From Methanobacteriota archaeon (GTDB lineage Archaea > Halobacteriota > Bog-38 > Methanoflorentales > Methanoflorentaceae), in the NCBI GenBank assembly GCA_963719035.1, contig CAVRAO010000006.1, positions 128,001 to 192,000 of the forward strand: a DNA stretch of 64,000 bases, in the 5' to 3' direction. Both the position numbers and the translations under genes were made by a program. Below the pieces are notes generated by a model. The model was not told the origin of the DNA, searched no databases, and was given only the letters and a program-made list of their open reading frames with translations. Positions 50,914 through 61,817 of this stretch are shown piece after piece. Positions within the stretch are counted from its first letter, which is position 1. The number at the start of each line of letters is the position of its first letter.

Positions 50914-52068
50914 TCAGACAACCTCCTCAAGCCGTCTTACTGCTTCTTTAATCGTATTAACAGGCACTGTTAATGCAAATCTAATGTAGCCCTCGCCATA
51001 TTCTCCAAAGCCAATGCCCGGCGTAGCAACAATTCCTGCGTCTAGCAGCTTCAGAGAGAAGTCCAGTGACGGACTTCCATCTGGGACTAAAGCCCAGACA
51101 TAAAACGTCGCCTTTGGCTTCTCGACGGACCAGCCGATGTTCCTCAGACCGTCAACTAGCGCATCCCTCCGTTCGACGTAGAGTTTTCTAAGGGCGTTGA
51201 CCGTGTCCTGTGGTCCCGTCAAGGCCATAATCCCGGCTTCCTGTACCGCTTGGAACGCGCCGGAGTCGAGGTTCGACTTGACCTTTTTGAGGCCCGCGAT
51301 GACATCAGCGTTCCCCACTGCAAAGCCCATTCGCCAGCCTGTCATGTTGAACGCTTTAGAGAGGCTGTTGATTTCAATTCCTACTTCCATCGCACCGGGG
51401 ACTGAAAGAAACGACGGCGCTGCATACCCATCAAACGTCAGCTCCATATAGGCGGCATCGTGACACACGATAACGTCGTTGTCTTGAGCATAGTCGACGA
51501 CCGTTCTAAAAAAGGCTTCGTCAGCAACAGCTGCAGTGGGGTTATTCGGATAGTTTATAAAGAGCAACTTAGCATCTGGTGCCGCTTTCTCTATGTCAGG
51601 CAAGAAACCATTGTCGGCAGTTAGCGGCATCGTTATCGGTTTACCGTCAGCTAAGATAGTTGCGATTTTGTAAACAGGATATGCAGGATCCGGAACGAGC
51701 ACTTTGTCCCCTTGATTGACGAAAGCTAAAGGCAGATGTGCGAGGCCTTCCTTTGACCCAATTAGCGCCAATACCTCGTTTGCCGGATCGAGGTCGATGC
51801 GTTTCTTCGCGTACCACTCGCCTACCGCTTCTCGATATGTCAGCATGCCCTCCGAGGAGGGGTACCGATGATTCGCTCCTTTATGCGCAGCGTGCACGAG
51901 TGAGTCGACGATATGAGCGGGCGTCGGCTGATCGGGATCGCCCACGCCTAGATCAATGATATCGATTCCCTGTGCCTCCTTTTCTGCCTTTCGCGCATCG
52001 ATTTGTGCGAAAAGGTACGGAGGCAGCACGTCGAGTCTCGTTGAATATTTACTGGTCGAGTTCGCCAT
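50914..52068 (-). CDS. dapL: LL-diaminopimelate aminotransferase
   Basis: PPYLF, GSKEG, NYPNNPT, SLSKAFNMTGWR; operon with lysA and dapF. Confidence 0.88.
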   Translation of the reverse strand: MANSTSKYSTRLDVLPPYLFAQIDARKAEKEAQGIDIIDLGVGDPDQPTPAHIVDSLVHAAHKGANHRYPSSEGMLTYREAVGEWYAKKRIDLDPANEVLALIGSKEGLAHLPLAFVNQGDKVLVPDPAYPVYKIATILADGKPITMPLTADNGFLPDIEKAAPDAKLLFINYPNNPTAAVADEAFFRTVVDYAQDNDVIVCHDAAYMELTFDGYAAPSFLSVPGAMEVGIEINSLSKAFNMTGWRMGFAVGNADVIAGLKKVKSNLDSGAFQAVQEAGIMALTGPQDTVNALRKLYVERRDALVDGLRNIGWSVEKPKATFYVWALVPDGSPSLDFSLKLLDAGIVATPGIGFGEYGEGYIRFALTVPVNTIKEAVRRLEEVV

Positions 52069-52312
52069 GTGTCTACCTTGTTGACAGCTGCAAGCCTGGT
52101 ACGCTCAAGCGCAGCTTTTTAAAACGCTGAAACATCTAAACAGCCTGCGAGAACTTATATTCGCTCATCTTTATTGAGGTTGCTTTTCGAATAAAGATTT
52201 ATTGGGGGCACTTATGTGCGAACCAAGATGTGCTCCCGTTCACTATGAGCTGCAAGCTAGTATGCAAACCTTTATTTTCTAGAAGATTTCCATATAGGCG
52301 AGAGCTGATATA

Positions 52313-52930
52313 ATGAATAATCGCAATCTAATTGTCACGCTAGCGGTTGTGGCGCTGTTAACAGTAGCAGCGACGACAGCGGGCTGCGCGACTAATACCA
52401 CTCCTTCGCCAACTCCGATCCCTGCGACGCAGACGACGGTTGGGAACAATACGACGTTTTCGAGCGGTGCGGGTTTCAACATCACGTATCCAAAAACTCT
52501 TAAGACAGACCAGTCTACGGATACAAAAACTCCCGTTAGAATCTACATCTATCTGGATCCAAAAGAGGTAATTGACGGTGTTCTAGTAGGGACAGAAGGC
52601 CTTACTGCCGGTCAAACGCTAAACGACTTCGCAAATGCCAAGGTATTTAATCTTAAGAATAGCAGCAACGCAGGGCTCTACAAGAATTTTACGCTCAACG
52701 AGACCAATTCAACATTTGCTGGAAAACCTGCGCGCACTGTCGTTTTTTCGGGAATTCTTCCCATCCAGTACAACAAGACAACGGCGAAAAACGTATCAGT
52801 TAAAGAGATGCAAACGTTCGTCGTCAATAATAATATAGGGTATGTTATAACGTACAAAACTGTTTCCAGCGACTACGACAAGTATCTAGCGCAAGCACAA
52901 CGAATAATGAACTCATTTGTGCTGACGTAG
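52313..52930 (+). CDS. PsbP/Mog1-like secreted lipoprotein
   Basis: Lipobox TTAGC, Thr/Pro linker, FNITYP, C-terminal QRIMNSFVL. Confidence 0.75.
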   Translation: MNNRNLIVTLAVVALLTVAATTAGCATNTTPSPTPIPATQTTVGNNTTFSSGAGFNITYPKTLKTDQSTDTKTPVRIYIYLDPKEVIDGVLVGTEGLTAGQTLNDFANAKVFNLKNSSNAGLYKNFTLNETNSTFAGKPARTVVFSGILPIQYNKTTAKNVSVKEMQTFVVNNNIGYVITYKTVSSDYDKYLAQAQRIMNSFVLT

Positions 52931-53433
52931 GCCCAATATTTTGCAGGGTAGCGAGCAATATTCTCTCTACCCTAACTTTTTCTCGCCCGGAGCACTTTCT
53001 TTGTCTAGCTAATACCAGGTTTCCAAAACTTAGCGCACGCGAAAACTTGTGAAATAAAACCCAGTTCTGGCTTTTTAAAAAAAAGCGATTGTAAGAAGCG
53101 CTGGCCGTCCAAACTGAACAGCCAGCTGACTTACTTGGTCGTATAGACCAATACTTACGTTATAAAACAGTTCCGATGTTATGCTGTGTTGTTTGATTTG
53201 GCCGGTCACCTCACAAGGTTTAGTTGATAATTCGTGCGCTTCAATCCTATTTGTATTTTTTCATTATTAATCGTGAATGATAGCGAACATCGACAAGACT
53301 TGAGCGGTTTAACGCGGGTATCGTTCTATATACTCATCAACCACTGCCAGTGGCAAAACCATTATCACACCAGGCATTTATCCTGCTTTCGAGGGAGTCG
53401 CCATTGAACTAACACATCAAACCTTACGTGCAC

Positions 53434-54045
53434 TCACAGCGTATCATCGAGATAATCATACGATAAGTGAGAATCCACTATCTGGGTCTTGCCACTAGCG
53501 AGGGCTTCTTTAGTCTTGCTAAAACCAGCGTCACGTATAAGCGTCGTACCATTTCCTATCTCAAAGGCTTGGTGCGCATCACTTGCCCCTATGATGGGCT
53601 TGCCATATTCACGAGCGAGTTGTTGCGCGAGAGCGTTGCTTGAGGCGCTCGTTTTTGAATTGAAACCCTCAATGAGATCAACTTGTGGAATCACGTCGCC
53701 GCTCAACAAGTTCTTGCCGAATCGGAACGGATGTGCCCACAAAACTAACCCTCCCTGCACCTTGATCTCCGTGATTACATCCGCCGTTTTTGTCGACTCA
53801 ATTTCTTCCTCTAAAAACAACCCTATTAGATCCGCTTTATCATCCGTTTCAACCTCGGAGCCGACGATTACCAAAAAATCAGGATCGTTATTTAGCTTGC
53901 GCGTTTCAATTCCGCCTTTGATTGTCAGGTGATCGCTAACTGCGATCCCGTCCAATCCCTTTTTCTTCGCGACTTTGAGAATAATTGCCGGTTCCATTGT
54001 ACAGTCACCGGAATATTTTGAGTGAATATGGAGGTCAAAAATCAA
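53434..54045 (-). CDS. PHP-domain metal-dependent phosphoesterase
   Basis: DLHIHS, VSDH, GSEV, AHP, ASDAH. Confidence 0.93.
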   Translation of the reverse strand: MIFDLHIHSKYSGDCTMEPAIILKVAKKKGLDGIAVSDHLTIKGGIETRKLNNDPDFLVIVGSEVETDDKADLIGLFLEEEIESTKTADVITEIKVQGGLVLWAHPFRFGKNLLSGDVIPQVDLIEGFNSKTSASSNALAQQLAREYGKPIIGASDAHQAFEIGNGTTLIRDAGFSKTKEALASGKTQIVDSHLSYDYLDDTL

Positions 54046-54532
54046 TTTTGTATTCTCCCAGACGGATTTTTTTGCACATTTTAGTCAAAGTAATTATACA
54101 ACTGACACATTTAAGCTGCAAACAAAAGGCGCTCAATGAGGAATTTGTAACTTTCGCCACCTCAGGTTACTACAACGGAAGGCCCATCTCAGGGAAATGC
54201 GGTTAAGACGAGGCCTCTTATATTTACAGAACGAAAATGTAAGTCGCATTTTGATGTCTGTCAATCCTCGGCGCCCGAATTCACCTCGCACTTTGATAGT
54301 CATCTTAACAAAGTTAAGTGGACATTTGTAAGCAGAGGATCAATTTAACTACCTTAGTTTTCTCTTTAATCGAAGTACTTTTAGCGCTGAGATGTCCTGA
54401 TTCCAACAACGCACAGCCGAAATTAGATAGAGTACGTGAAAAGTCGCTGCTATACTGACAAGATTCCCCTCGAATAATAAAGACGTGCGGAGTACCGATT
54501 AATATCGGACTACGCCTATAAGCGTGTAGCAC

Positions 54533-56713
54533 ATGGATTTAAAGGACTTGCCCGAAACAATTACCCATTTTTATCCTCATCCCGGCTTCACGGAACTCTA
54601 TCCACCTCAAGCTGAAGCGATAGCATGTGGACTGCTCGACGGTGCAAGCTTAGTTGTCGCTACGCCTACTGCCTCTGGAAAGACGCTATTGGCAGAGTTT
54701 GCCATGCTCAATTCGATTTATCAAGGCGGCAAGTGCCTCTACATCGTGCCGCTAAAGGCGCTAGCTTCAGAAAAGTTCGACAGGTTTTCGCTATTTGCCG
54801 CGTTTGGCGTCAAAATAGGCATCTCAACTGGAGACTATGACGTTCGTGACGACAAACTTGGGCATAATGATATTATCGTGACGACTTCAGAAAAGGCGGA
54901 TTCACTGCTACGAAATGGCGTGGAGTGGATGCGTACGTTGGGCGTTATCGTGGCTGACGAAATCCATCTGCTGGACTCTATGGATCGGGGTCCAACGCTT
55001 GAAGTAACGCTCACTAAGCTCAAAAAACTGAACCCCCTTGCCCAGATACTCGCCCTCAGCGCTACCGTTTCTAACGCAGATGACATCGCGCATTGGCTTA
55101 GCGCGCAACTCGTCCGAAGCGACTGGCGACCTGTGGCGCTGCACGAAGGTCTCTACCTTGTAGAAAGTGCTACCATCACGTTTGTGCAAGATACGCTTCA
55201 ACGAAGTACCTCGAAAAAAGCCATTTCCGATGGTTCGGCCGACCCCCCTATTGCACTAGCGATCGACACCATTGCTGACGGTGGGCAATGTCTGGTCTTC
55301 GTTAACACGCGGAGAAACGCCGAAAGCCTCGCAAAGAAAATGGCGTCCGCGATGAAATCGCTACGGCATGATTGCGCGGAGTTAGCAGCAAAGATCCACG
55401 GAGATACCGCAATAGAGGAAAAACTCAAGTATTGCGTGCAGAACTCGGTCGCATTCCATCACGCGGGGCTTTCAAGCGATGATCGTAAACTCGTCGAGGC
55501 AGGGTTCCGAGAGAACTGCATAAAGGTCATTGTCGCTACCCCCACGCTGGCATCAGGACTAAACCTTCCCGCCCGAAGAGTGATTATTAGAGACTACAAA
55601 CGTTATGATGCAAACTATGGCATGACGAATATCCCTGTGCTCGAATATAAGCAGATGGCAGGACGCGCAGGAAGGCCTGGATTCGATTCTTACGGGGAGG
55701 CAATACTCATAGCAAAATCACCAAACGAGTGTGAGGCGCTTGCAGAGCACTATATTCTGAACGAGGCAGAAGACGTCATATCTAAGCTCGGCACAGAGAC
55801 CGCCTTACGCGTGCACGTGCTCTCGACCATTTCTAATGGTTTCGCACGCACAAGAGATGAGCTCGAACGATTTTTTGGTGCAACGTTCTTTGGATTTCAG
55901 CAGCAGAGTTCACTGAACCTCACTTCATACGTCATCGACAGCGTATTAGCGTTTTTAGCGCATGAGGAGATGATAGTCGACTTCGGAGGACATATCAAAG
56001 CCACCTCATTTGGACACCTCGTATCCAAGCTATATATTGACCCACTGTCCGCCGTGAAGATCAGACGAGGACTTGAAAATGCTGAGAGCGCCTCTGACGT
56101 TGCGCTTCTTCAGCTCATTTGCTCAACCCCGGACGTTAAGCGTCTGTATATGCGTAACAGAGACTATCATTCGGTGACTGAATTTGTCAATAAGCACATT
56201 GACGAGTTCTTGGTCGAAATTCCTGATCGGTTTAGAGACGTCGATTATGAGTGGTTCCTTTCTGAGGTTAAAACAGCCATGCTCGTTCACGATTGGATCA
56301 ATGAGGTAAGTGAAAAAGAGATTACTGAGAACTACAACGTCGGGCCGGGAGACATTAGAAATCTCGTAGACACCGTGCAGTGGATAAGTCACGCGCTCGC
56401 GGAACTCGCCGCCTACCTCAAAGTGCCTTCAAAGAGACAGGCACGGGAGCTTACCGAACGCGTCCAGTTTGGTATAAATCGCGAGCTCCTTGATCTCGTA
56501 CAGTTGAAAAACATCGGCCGCGTGCGTGGCCGAAAGCTCTTCGATGCCGGTTTCTCAAGCCGTAAAGATGTCAAAAATGCTGCGTTTGAGGCGATCGCAA
56601 CACTTCTTGGTCCAGCAATAGCCGCAGATGTCTTTGAACAACTTGGATCCGCTCAAAAATTGGCAAAAGGAAAAGATCAACCCGCAGAACAACGATTTTT
56701 CAAGAGCGACTGA
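54533..56713 (+). CDS. hel308: Ski2-like SF2 DNA helicase Hel308/Hjm
   Basis: PTASGKT, DEIH, LSAT, FHHAGL, QMAGRAGRP, GRVRGRKL. Confidence 0.96.
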   Translation: MDLKDLPETITHFYPHPGFTELYPPQAEAIACGLLDGASLVVATPTASGKTLLAEFAMLNSIYQGGKCLYIVPLKALASEKFDRFSLFAAFGVKIGISTGDYDVRDDKLGHNDIIVTTSEKADSLLRNGVEWMRTLGVIVADEIHLLDSMDRGPTLEVTLTKLKKLNPLAQILALSATVSNADDIAHWLSAQLVRSDWRPVALHEGLYLVESATITFVQDTLQRSTSKKAISDGSADPPIALAIDTIADGGQCLVFVNTRRNAESLAKKMASAMKSLRHDCAELAAKIHGDTAIEEKLKYCVQNSVAFHHAGLSSDDRKLVEAGFRENCIKVIVATPTLASGLNLPARRVIIRDYKRYDANYGMTNIPVLEYKQMAGRAGRPGFDSYGEAILIAKSPNECEALAEHYILNEAEDVISKLGTETALRVHVLSTISNGFARTRDELERFFGATFFGFQQQSSLNLTSYVIDSVLAFLAHEEMIVDFGGHIKATSFGHLVSKLYIDPLSAVKIRRGLENAESASDVALLQLICSTPDVKRLYMRNRDYHSVTEFVNKHIDEFLVEIPDRFRDVDYEWFLSEVKTAMLVHDWINEVSEKEITENYNVGPGDIRNLVDTVQWISHALAELAAYLKVPSKRQARELTERVQFGINRELLDLVQLKNIGRVRGRKLFDAGFSSRKDVKNAAFEAIATLLGPAIAADVFEQLGSAQKLAKGKDQPAEQRFFKSD

Positions 56714-56721
56714 AGCAAACC

Positions 56722-57237
56722 ATGCGTTATGAAATTCTTGCCGGAAAAGCAACAATTGAAAGCGTTGAGGCGTTTTTACACGATATTGATGCAATTGCAC
56801 GGTCAAGCAACGCGGCGATTCAAGCTGTTGACGCCTCAAAAGTTGCAGATAGGCAGCATGTTGAAGATGCTGTGCGTCAGTCACTCAGGTCTTTTGCAGA
56901 TGGGCGCAACATCGCTACGAACCTCGGTGTTGAGATCCTCCTTCACCTAAGTGCTTGCCGACAAATTCAAAAAGCGCTCAATTTCGGCCTTCAAAAAGGA
57001 GAGAGAGACGTTTTGTTCATTATCGTAGGCACGAAGACGGCAATTGAAAGAAGTGCTCAGAAACTTAACCAATTGATAGTCGTCGATCCTCGCGTGATCG
57101 ATTATCGTGAGGCAAAACGCGAGGCATTGATGCAGACGTTCAACATCACGGAAGAAGAAGTCAGAGCCGTTGGGGGGTTCCACAGAATTCCGGAATTGGT
57201 GCGTGAGCGACTCGCGCTATTTGACGCGTTCAAATAA
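56722..57237 (+). CDS. cgi121: KEOPS complex subunit Cgi121
   Basis: EILL.LS..RQI.KAL.FG and LVRERLAL; adjacent to hel308. Confidence 0.9.
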   Translation: MRYEILAGKATIESVEAFLHDIDAIARSSNAAIQAVDASKVADRQHVEDAVRQSLRSFADGRNIATNLGVEILLHLSACRQIQKALNFGLQKGERDVLFIIVGTKTAIERSAQKLNQLIVVDPRVIDYREAKREALMQTFNITEEEVRAVGGFHRIPELVRERLALFDAFK

Positions 57238-57435
57238 CTAATAACCTTTTCGAGAGAACCAATGCTATTTTACGACAATGTGAAGCAATACACATAATTA
57301 GTCTTTGATGAGAAAAAGCGGCGCGCTGCTGAGCCACGATATTTGCGCAAACAATCATAACACAAAACTTAAGATTGAAAAGCAAAGCCTCACTCGTATG
57401 CGGCTTTACTCTGCAAACGCGAATCGTGGATTCTG

Positions 57436-58137
57436 ATGAAAACGGTAGTTGCTGTACTCATTCCGACGCTCAATGAAGAGGCCACCATCAGCCGTGTAAT
57501 TGATAGAGTTCCTGTTCACGCGCTCTCGAACGACGGATACGACACCGCCATCTACGTTATCGATGGAAGATCAGAAGATAGGACACAGCAGAAGGCACTC
57601 GAAAAAGGCGCAGAGGTGTTGCTCGTTACGCAGCCAGGAAAAGGTGCGGCAGTGCAACATGCATTTTCATCAATTAGCGCAGATTTCTTCATTATGATCG
57701 ACGGAGATGATACCTATCCCCCCGAGCGAATTACGGATTTCGTGCACCTTCTGCGTACGTATGACGTTGTAATCGGCTCCCGTCTAATCGGCCGTATCGA
57801 GGACGGAGCTATGACGCGAACAAACCTGTTTGGCAATCGTATACTCACGGTCTTAGCACGCGCGCTTTTCAAAAAAGAGATAACTGACGTGTGTTCCGGA
57901 TTCTGGGGCTATCGCAAACACGTCATTGATCGCATGGATCTTAATGCACGCGGATTTGAGATCGAAGCAGATATGTTTGTCGAATGCGCGCGTCTTCGCT
58001 TTAGCATAGGAGAGGTCGCGATTGATTATAAAAAACGGGTCGATCGACCAAAGTTGAGTTCGATCAGCGATGGACTTAAGATAAGTTTTTTTTTGATAAC
58101 GCGATGGGTGACTCTTGATCGGGGGGGAGGGCCGTAA
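57436..58137 (+). CDS. GT2 dolichol-phosphate glycosyltransferase-like protein
   Basis: IPTLNE, IDGRSED.T, GKG, IDGDDTY, GFEIEA. Confidence 0.92.
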   Translation: MKTVVAVLIPTLNEEATISRVIDRVPVHALSNDGYDTAIYVIDGRSEDRTQQKALEKGAEVLLVTQPGKGAAVQHAFSSISADFFIMIDGDDTYPPERITDFVHLLRTYDVVIGSRLIGRIEDGAMTRTNLFGNRILTVLARALFKKEITDVCSGFWGYRKHVIDRMDLNARGFEIEADMFVECARLRFSIGEVAIDYKKRVDRPKLSSISDGLKISFFLITRWVTLDRGGGP

Positions 58138-59285
58138 GAATCGCTTACGTGATGGATGCAATTTACCCATACAACGTGGGGGGGGCGGACAAACGTCTGT
58201 GGGAACTGGCACGTAAGCTTGCTGAAAACAGTGAGCACGAAGTGCATATTTACGGTATGAAATGGTGGCAAGGGCCTGATACGATCGTGACTGACAACGT
58301 GCACCTGCACGGCGTTTGCAAGGTTCGTGAACTGTACAACGAAGACGGCGTTCGCTCGATAAAGGAGGCGTTGATATACTCGTTGAAAGTCTTGCCGCCC
58401 CTCCTAAAGGCCGATTATGACGTGATAGACTGCAACCAATTCCCTTATCTCCCGTGTTTCTCTGGCAAAATCGCCTCCATAATTAAAAGAAAACCGTTAG
58501 TGATCACGTGGTTAGAAGTGTGGGACACCTATTGGCGTTCATACCTCGGTACTATCGGGGGCAGCGTTGGCAGAATGATAGAACGACTGACGATGCGTCT
58601 TCCTGACGGCATTGTCGCGATATCTCAAAAGACAAGAATGGATCTTATAAGACGCGGCAAAGTCAAACCAGAGCGCATTGATGTCATACCGGTCGGTATT
58701 GATCTCGAGCGCATCGTCAAGATCACACCCGCCCCGAAAAGTACTGACGTGCTGTTTGCCGGGCGTCTTATTTACGAGAAACGGGTCGATTTATTGCTGA
58801 ACGCGGTAGCCATTGCAAAAAAGGAAATTCCAACGATTACTTGCGCGATTGTTGGGGATGGTCCCGAACGAGGCTTGCTCGAAGACCTTGCTATTAAGCT
58901 CGGGATAGTAGAGAATGTATTCTTTACCGGCTTCGTCGATCAAGATGGGCTTACCGCGTACATGAAGGCATCAAAGGTATTCGTCCTTCCATCGATTCGT
59001 GAGGGGTTCGGACTTGTTATCATCGAAGCCAACGCTTGCAGGTTGCCTGTGATCAGCATGAGCCACGATATGAGTGCTGCCCGAGAGCTCGTTAAAGATG
59101 GCGTCAACGGTTTCCTCGTCAGCGACATCTCGTCTCGTGAAATCGCAGAGGCTATTGTTAAGCTCGTCATGGACGACGCACTACGAGAACGACTTGCCGA
59201 AAACGGGTTTGCTATGGCGAAGAAATACGCGTGGTCGGACATCTCAAAAAAGATTATAGATACATATAAGAAATTAAGCAGCTGA
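58134..59285 (+). CDS. Glycosyltransferase family 4; probable GTA start (first canonical GTG at 58149)
   Basis: (V)RIAYVMDAIYPY.VGGA N-terminus, FAGRL..EK, EGFGLVIIEA. Confidence 0.88.
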   Translation, partial: VRIAYVMDAIYPYNVGGADKRLWELARKLAENSEHEVHIYGMKWWQGPDTIVTDNVHLHGVCKVRELYNEDGVRSIKEALIYSLKVLPPLLKADYDVIDCNQFPYLPCFSGKIASIIKRKPLVITWLEVWDTYWRSYLGTIGGSVGRMIERLTMRLPDGIVAISQKTRMDLIRRGKVKPERIDVIPVGIDLERIVKITPAPKSTDVLFAGRLIYEKRVDLLLNAVAIAKKEIPTITCAIVGDGPERGLLEDLAIKLGIVENVFFTGFVDQDGLTAYMKASKVFVLPSIREGFGLVIIEANACRLPVISMSHDMSAARELVKDGVNGFLVSDISSREIAEAIVKLVMDDALRERLAENGFAMAKKYAWSDISKKIIDTYKKLSS

Positions 59286-59371
59286 CAGAGTGTCACGTAA
59301 AAACTGATCGACCTGTGCTAGCTAACTCTCTTCTGACACTAGTTCGTAAACGTATGCAAGAATAACCCTTC

Positions 59372-60500
59372 ATGAAAGCCCTGATCGTTTCACCGTATTA
59401 TTCCGGCGTTGGTGGATTACAGCAGTACCTGGTACAGAATTGCGGTTGGATTGCACGATGCGGGAGTTGACACGACCGTGGTAACAAGTTCTCGCGTTCT
59501 ACAGAGACCGGGCCCTTCGGTCATCACACTTCCGCAACTTACTACAGTTTCTAACACACCGTTTAGCTTGCGCTGGTTTGGATCTATCAAGAGGATTATC
59601 AAAGATCTTGACCCTGACATAGTAAATGGACACCTCCCGGTACCTTACATGGCCGATGTCGCTGCGAGGGAATGCGGCGGTCACCCGTTTGTCCTGACGT
59701 ACCACAACGACGCCGTAGGCATCACTCCCTTTACCAAGCTTCTAGTGCGCAGTTACTACGATATCTTAGGGAGAGGGACCATCAGGCGTGCGAGTCGCAT
59801 TATTGCCACTTCTCAACGCTACGCCGAACGGTCTCCGTACCTTAAGGGGTTCGGTCAAAAAACTGCTATCGTCCCCCCCGGCGTCGATCTAGCGACATTC
59901 AATCCAGACGTACATTCCGGCTTTCTAAGAGACACTTACGGCCTCGAAGGGTCTATCATCCTCTTTGTCGGGCAGCTAAGCAAAACGCATCGGTTTAAGG
60001 GGCTCTCCATTCTCATTCGCGCGCTACGACAGCTCGATCCAAGCACGACGCTTGTGGTCGTCGGCGGGGGGAACTGGTTCTCACACTACAAAGCGGACGC
60101 AGAAAACGCCGGGGTTGCTGATCGGGTCGTTTTCGCTGGAATCATATCAGAAGAAGAGCTGCCTCTTTACTATCGGGGCGCAGACCTCACTGTGCTTCCC
60201 ACTTACACTGATGCAGAAGGTTTTGGTATGGTCTTAGCCGAAGCGAATGCGTGTGGCAGGCCCGTTGTTGGGACGAACGTCGGGGGTATTCCATCGGTAA
60301 TTCAAGACCAACATAACGGGTTGCTCGTAGAACCGGGAGATCTGCATGGGCTCGTACAAGCGATCAGAGCTGTATTAAGTGACGGTAAGCTCGCTGAGAT
60401 GCTCGGCCACAATGGTTTCGAGAAGATCCGCAGCGAGTTCACGTGGGATCACGCAGTTTCTCGCACGATGAAAGTCTACGATGGCTTAATATACGCTTAG
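59372..60500 (+). CDS. Glycosyltransferase family 4 with a +1 frameshift near 59430
   Basis: ATG 59372 gives MKALIVSPYYSGVGGLQQY, continuing in the +1 frame as YRIAVGL...; EGFGMVLAEA. Confidence 0.82.
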
Positions 60501-60566
60501 CTCAAAAATTTAGACGGAAAACAGACTGAGATACATTTTAAAGCGTTGACCTCGAGGTAATGTTTT

Positions 60567-61784
60567 ATGAGAATTTGTATGGTGTCCAATCTTTACCCGC
60601 CATACGTTCTCGGTGGCGCTGAATTATACGTCCAGCATATTACAAAAAAGCTAAGCGCTCAGCATGATATCTCTATAATAACTACAGCTCCGTTCGGCAC
60701 AGACAACGCCTCAGTTTCAAATCTAGAAGGCGAAGAAAAAGAATCGATCTACCGGTTTTACCCGCTGAACCTCTACTCGACTTATAATTATGCGCTTAAG
60801 TCCATATTTATCAAGCCAATCTGGCACCTCATCGACGTGTGGAACCCCCACGTCTATATTTTCGTAAAGGAGGTGTTAAAGCGGGAGATGCCAGAAGTCG
60901 TACATGTGCACAATTTTAAGGGGATGTCGGCATCGGTGTTCAGTGCCGCCAACGATTTGGGTATTCCCGTCATTCACACCGTACACGACTACGACCTTAT
61001 CTGCCCTAAGACGACAATGCTGACAAGAACAAATGCCTCTTGCGTGACCCCCCACAGCTTGTGTCGCATCTATCGGTGGCTTTCCAAGCGCATTGCTCTG
61101 ACAACTGTTATCGCTCCGTCTGATTTTATGCTTAAAACCCTTTCTAGCTATGGACTCTTCCCCGATGTGCCAAAGATAATGCTCCCGCTTGGCATCGAGG
61201 AGGGCGAACCGGTACCAAGAGTGAGCACTGGCACGTTTGATGTACTCTATGTCGGACGTCTGGGAAAACACAAAGGAGTCGACACCCTCATCGAAGCAAT
61301 GAAAGGCTTAGATCTCAGGAATGCTCGACTGCACATAGTCGGGCAAGGCAGCGACAGGACACGTCTCGAGCGTGTTGCACACGACGATTCACGAGTTATC
61401 ATCTATGGCTTTTTAGCCCCCGATAAGCTCCGAAAGCTCTACAGCATAGCTGATGTCGCTGCGGTTCCATCGATCTACAATGAGCCCTTCGGACTCGTTA
61501 TCCCTGAATACTATCAACATGGCATCCCTGTCTTAGGCAGCCGCGCAGGAGCGCTTCCTGAGCTCATCACCGATGGATATAACGGCTACCTCTTTGAGCC
61601 TAGCGACGTTGCAGCACTCACTGCTTTTCTGAGAATATTATCGAGTGATTCGAGACTCCTTAGTGAACTCAGCACGAACGCACGCAGGTCTTCAAAGGCT
61701 TTTGACCTGCGAGGTCACGTGCATAAGCTCGAAGCGATATATGCAGATGTCGCCTTACGCCAAAGTTCTCCAATTGCGTGCTGA
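60567..61784 (+). CDS. Glycosyltransferase family 4
   Basis: MRICMVSNLYPP..GGAE, YVGRL.KHKG, EPFGLVIPE. Confidence 0.93.
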   Translation: MRICMVSNLYPPYVLGGAELYVQHITKKLSAQHDISIITTAPFGTDNASVSNLEGEEKESIYRFYPLNLYSTYNYALKSIFIKPIWHLIDVWNPHVYIFVKEVLKREMPEVVHVHNFKGMSASVFSAANDLGIPVIHTVHDYDLICPKTTMLTRTNASCVTPHSLCRIYRWLSKRIALTTVIAPSDFMLKTLSSYGLFPDVPKIMLPLGIEEGEPVPRVSTGTFDVLYVGRLGKHKGVDTLIEAMKGLDLRNARLHIVGQGSDRTRLERVAHDDSRVIIYGFLAPDKLRKLYSIADVAAVPSIYNEPFGLVIPEYYQHGIPVLGSRAGALPELITDGYNGYLFEPSDVAALTAFLRILSSDSRLLSELSTNARRSSKAFDLRGHVHKLEAIYADVALRQSSPIAC

Positions 61785-61817
61785 GCAACGAGTAAAAAAC
61801 TAACTATCGAGGTTCGC

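Noticed and set aside
52931-54532. Long intergenic gaps flanking the PHP gene (52931-53433, 54046-54532)
   Set aside because: No convincing RNA structure, repeat or small ORF recognised by eye.
54533-57237. hel308-cgi121 adjacency as novel
   Set aside because: Already known gene pairing in euryarchaea.
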